NCBI GenBank assembly: GCA_963796955.1
Contig: CAWCNJ010000005.1
Span: forward strand, 200,598 to 264,597
Direction of reading: 5' to 3'
DNA from: Endomicrobiales bacterium
GTDB lineage: Bacteria; Elusimicrobiota; Endomicrobiia; Endomicrobiales; JALOBY01
DNA length: 64,000 bases
Under the pieces are notes generated by a model, which saw nothing but the letters and a program-made list of their open reading frames with translations, did no database searches and was not told where the DNA came from. Both the position numbers and the translations under genes were made by a program. Shown here in pieces: positions 62,072-64,000 of this stretch. Each line of letters begins with the position of its first letter. Position 1 is the first letter of the stretch.

Positions 62072-63935
62072 ATGAACGTCGCCTTGCCGCGGGTGCGGAG
62101 ATCACGGCCGAAGGAAAAACCCATTTCCGGTTGTGGGCGCCGGAGCACCGCCGTGTTGAATTAGCGCTGGAAGCAGGCTCCGGCACACCGAACTATATTG
62201 CCATGCAGCCCGAAGAAAACGGCTATTTCTCCTGCCTGGTCGGAGGCGCTCCCGACGGCACGCGCTACCGGTACCGGCTTGAAGGTGATAAACTCTATCC
62301 CGATCCTGCTTCGCGGTATCAGCCGCAGGGGCCGCACGGCCTGTCTCAGGTAATAGATCCGTCGGTATTCCCCTGGTCGGACGGTGGCTGGAAAGGCTTG
62401 CGCACGCGCGGCCTGGTCATAAGTGAGATCCATATCGGTACGTTCACTCAAGAAGGCACCTGGGAAAGCGCGGCAAAAGAACTGGCAGGCCTTGCGGAGA
62501 CCGGTATCACGGCGGTGGAAATAATGCCGGTGGCGGATTTTCCAGGAGCATTCGGCTGGGGTTACGACGGTGTGAACCTGTACGCCCCGAGCCGCCTGTA
62601 CGGTACGCCCGACGATATGCGCCGTTTCGTCGACCGGGCTCACCAATTGCACCTCGGCGTTATATTGGATATTGTATATAATCATCTGGGGCCGGAAGGT
62701 AATTACCTGCCCGCGTTCTCAAAATACTATTTCAACGACGGTAAGGATACCGAATGGGGCACCAGTATTAATTACGACGGTTCCCAAAGCGGGCCGGTGC
62801 GGGAGTTCATCGCGGGCAACGCGGGTTACTGGATAGACGAGTATCATATCGACGGCCTGCGATTGGATGCTACGCAGTCCATGTACGACAACTCGAAACC
62901 GCACATCGTTGCCGAAAATCGGCGTCCGGGCTCAGTCGCGGGCGCAGGGACGCGGTATCGTGATCATCGCTGAAAACGAGTCTCAGGATAGCGGGATCGT
63001 CAGGCCGTCGGCGCAGGGCGGGTATGGCCTGGACGCGATCTGGAACGTATGATTTTCACCACAGCGCCTCGGTCGCGCTTTGCGGCAGGCGGGAAGCGTA
63101 TTTCACCGATTATGCAGGCGCGCCGCAGGAATTTATTTCTCTGGCAAAGCGCGGTTTCCTGTATCAGGGACAGTGGTACACATGGCAAAAAAAAGGTCGC
63201 GGCACCAATACAGTCGGGATCGCACCTGAAAGCTTTGTCTGTTATTTGCAGAACCACGACCAGATAGCCAATTGCGGCGGCAGGTGCTAAAACGAACTGG
63301 CAAACCCCGGTTGTTACCGTGCCCTGACCGCGCTGCTGCTGCTGGGCCCCTGGACGCCGCTGCTCTTTCAGGGTCAGGAATACTCCTGTCCGTCCGCTGT
63401 TCTTATATTTTACCGATGTATCCGGCGATATCGCCCAGGGGGTGCGCGGCGGCCGCAGGACATTCCTGTGCCAGTTCAAAAGTGCGGCCTCGGAAGAAAT
63501 GCTGAAATTACTGCCCGATCCATTCAACAGAAAAATATTTGACGCCGGACAATTCTGATGGTCGTTTTAGAAAACCAATAGACGCAGGCTTTAACGCTGC
63601 ACCGGGACCTGCTCGCCTTAAGAAGGACGCAGCCCGTGTTGGCTGGCCAGGGCGCCGGGGGGTTGGACGGCGCGGTGCTGGGGAAGGATATGTTTGTATT
63701 GAGGTTTTTTGACGACGGCGGCGACCGGCTGTTGGTCGTTAATCTTGGCGTTCAGCAGGAGCTGCACATAATGCCGGAACCGCTGCTGGCGCCGCCGGCC
63801 GCATGCGACTGGCGTGTAGAATGGCACAGCGAAAAGCCTCAATACGGCGGTAACGGCGTCGGTCCGGTACATGAGTACGGTCCGTGGGTCATTCCAGCCA
63901 TGGCTGCCATTGTGCTGGCACCGGTCATAACATAG
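62068..63935 (+). pseudogene. treZ: Malto-oligosyltrehalose trehalohydrolase with multiple frameshifts
   Basis: PDPASRYQPQG, WGYDG, VYNH, GLRLDA, IAENE, QNHDQ spread over several frames. Confidence 0.88.
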
Positions 63936-64000
63936 CGGAGGAAAACTGTCTAACTCTATAAATATAATATCCATGAGAGAACAACTGAAGATCTGATCCA

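Noticed and set aside
61025..63935. Programmed frameshifting in mscS/treZ
   Set aside because: Too many irregular shifts and no slippery-site pattern; error or decay is simpler

Overview
Accessory-type region of a diderm bacterium (many outer-membrane beta-barrel and lipoprotein genes; no rRNA, tRNA or CRISPR seen). Family calls come from motif recognition by eye, not database searches. (1) 0-11 kb: Fic gene and an AT-rich defence islet (LexA-like repressor, C5 methyltransferase, putative restriction endonuclease, Vsr, a nuclease/exonuclease pair, AAA ATPase, duplicated NlpC/P60). Its gene boundaries carry a dispersed REP-like motif GG(G/T)GTCAG..CTTGA..TTGAC. (2) 11-36 kb: mixed small metabolic, sensory and envelope genes and an ACP/SDR/acyltransferase/KASIII unit. 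(3) 36-64 kb: general stress/desiccation-type island (ferritin-like, RND pump, two radical SAMs, PEBP, BON, MscS, TreZ) with deletion-fused and frameshifted genes. Best unexplained signals: 14 promoters between 18.7 and 60.4 kb share the architecture GTCA-N44-(-10 box), suggesting one regulon; two paralogous promoter-to-terminator small-RNA cassettes lie at 2.5 and 27.6 kb; and the REP-like motif brackets the R-M module and marks the NlpC duplication ends.
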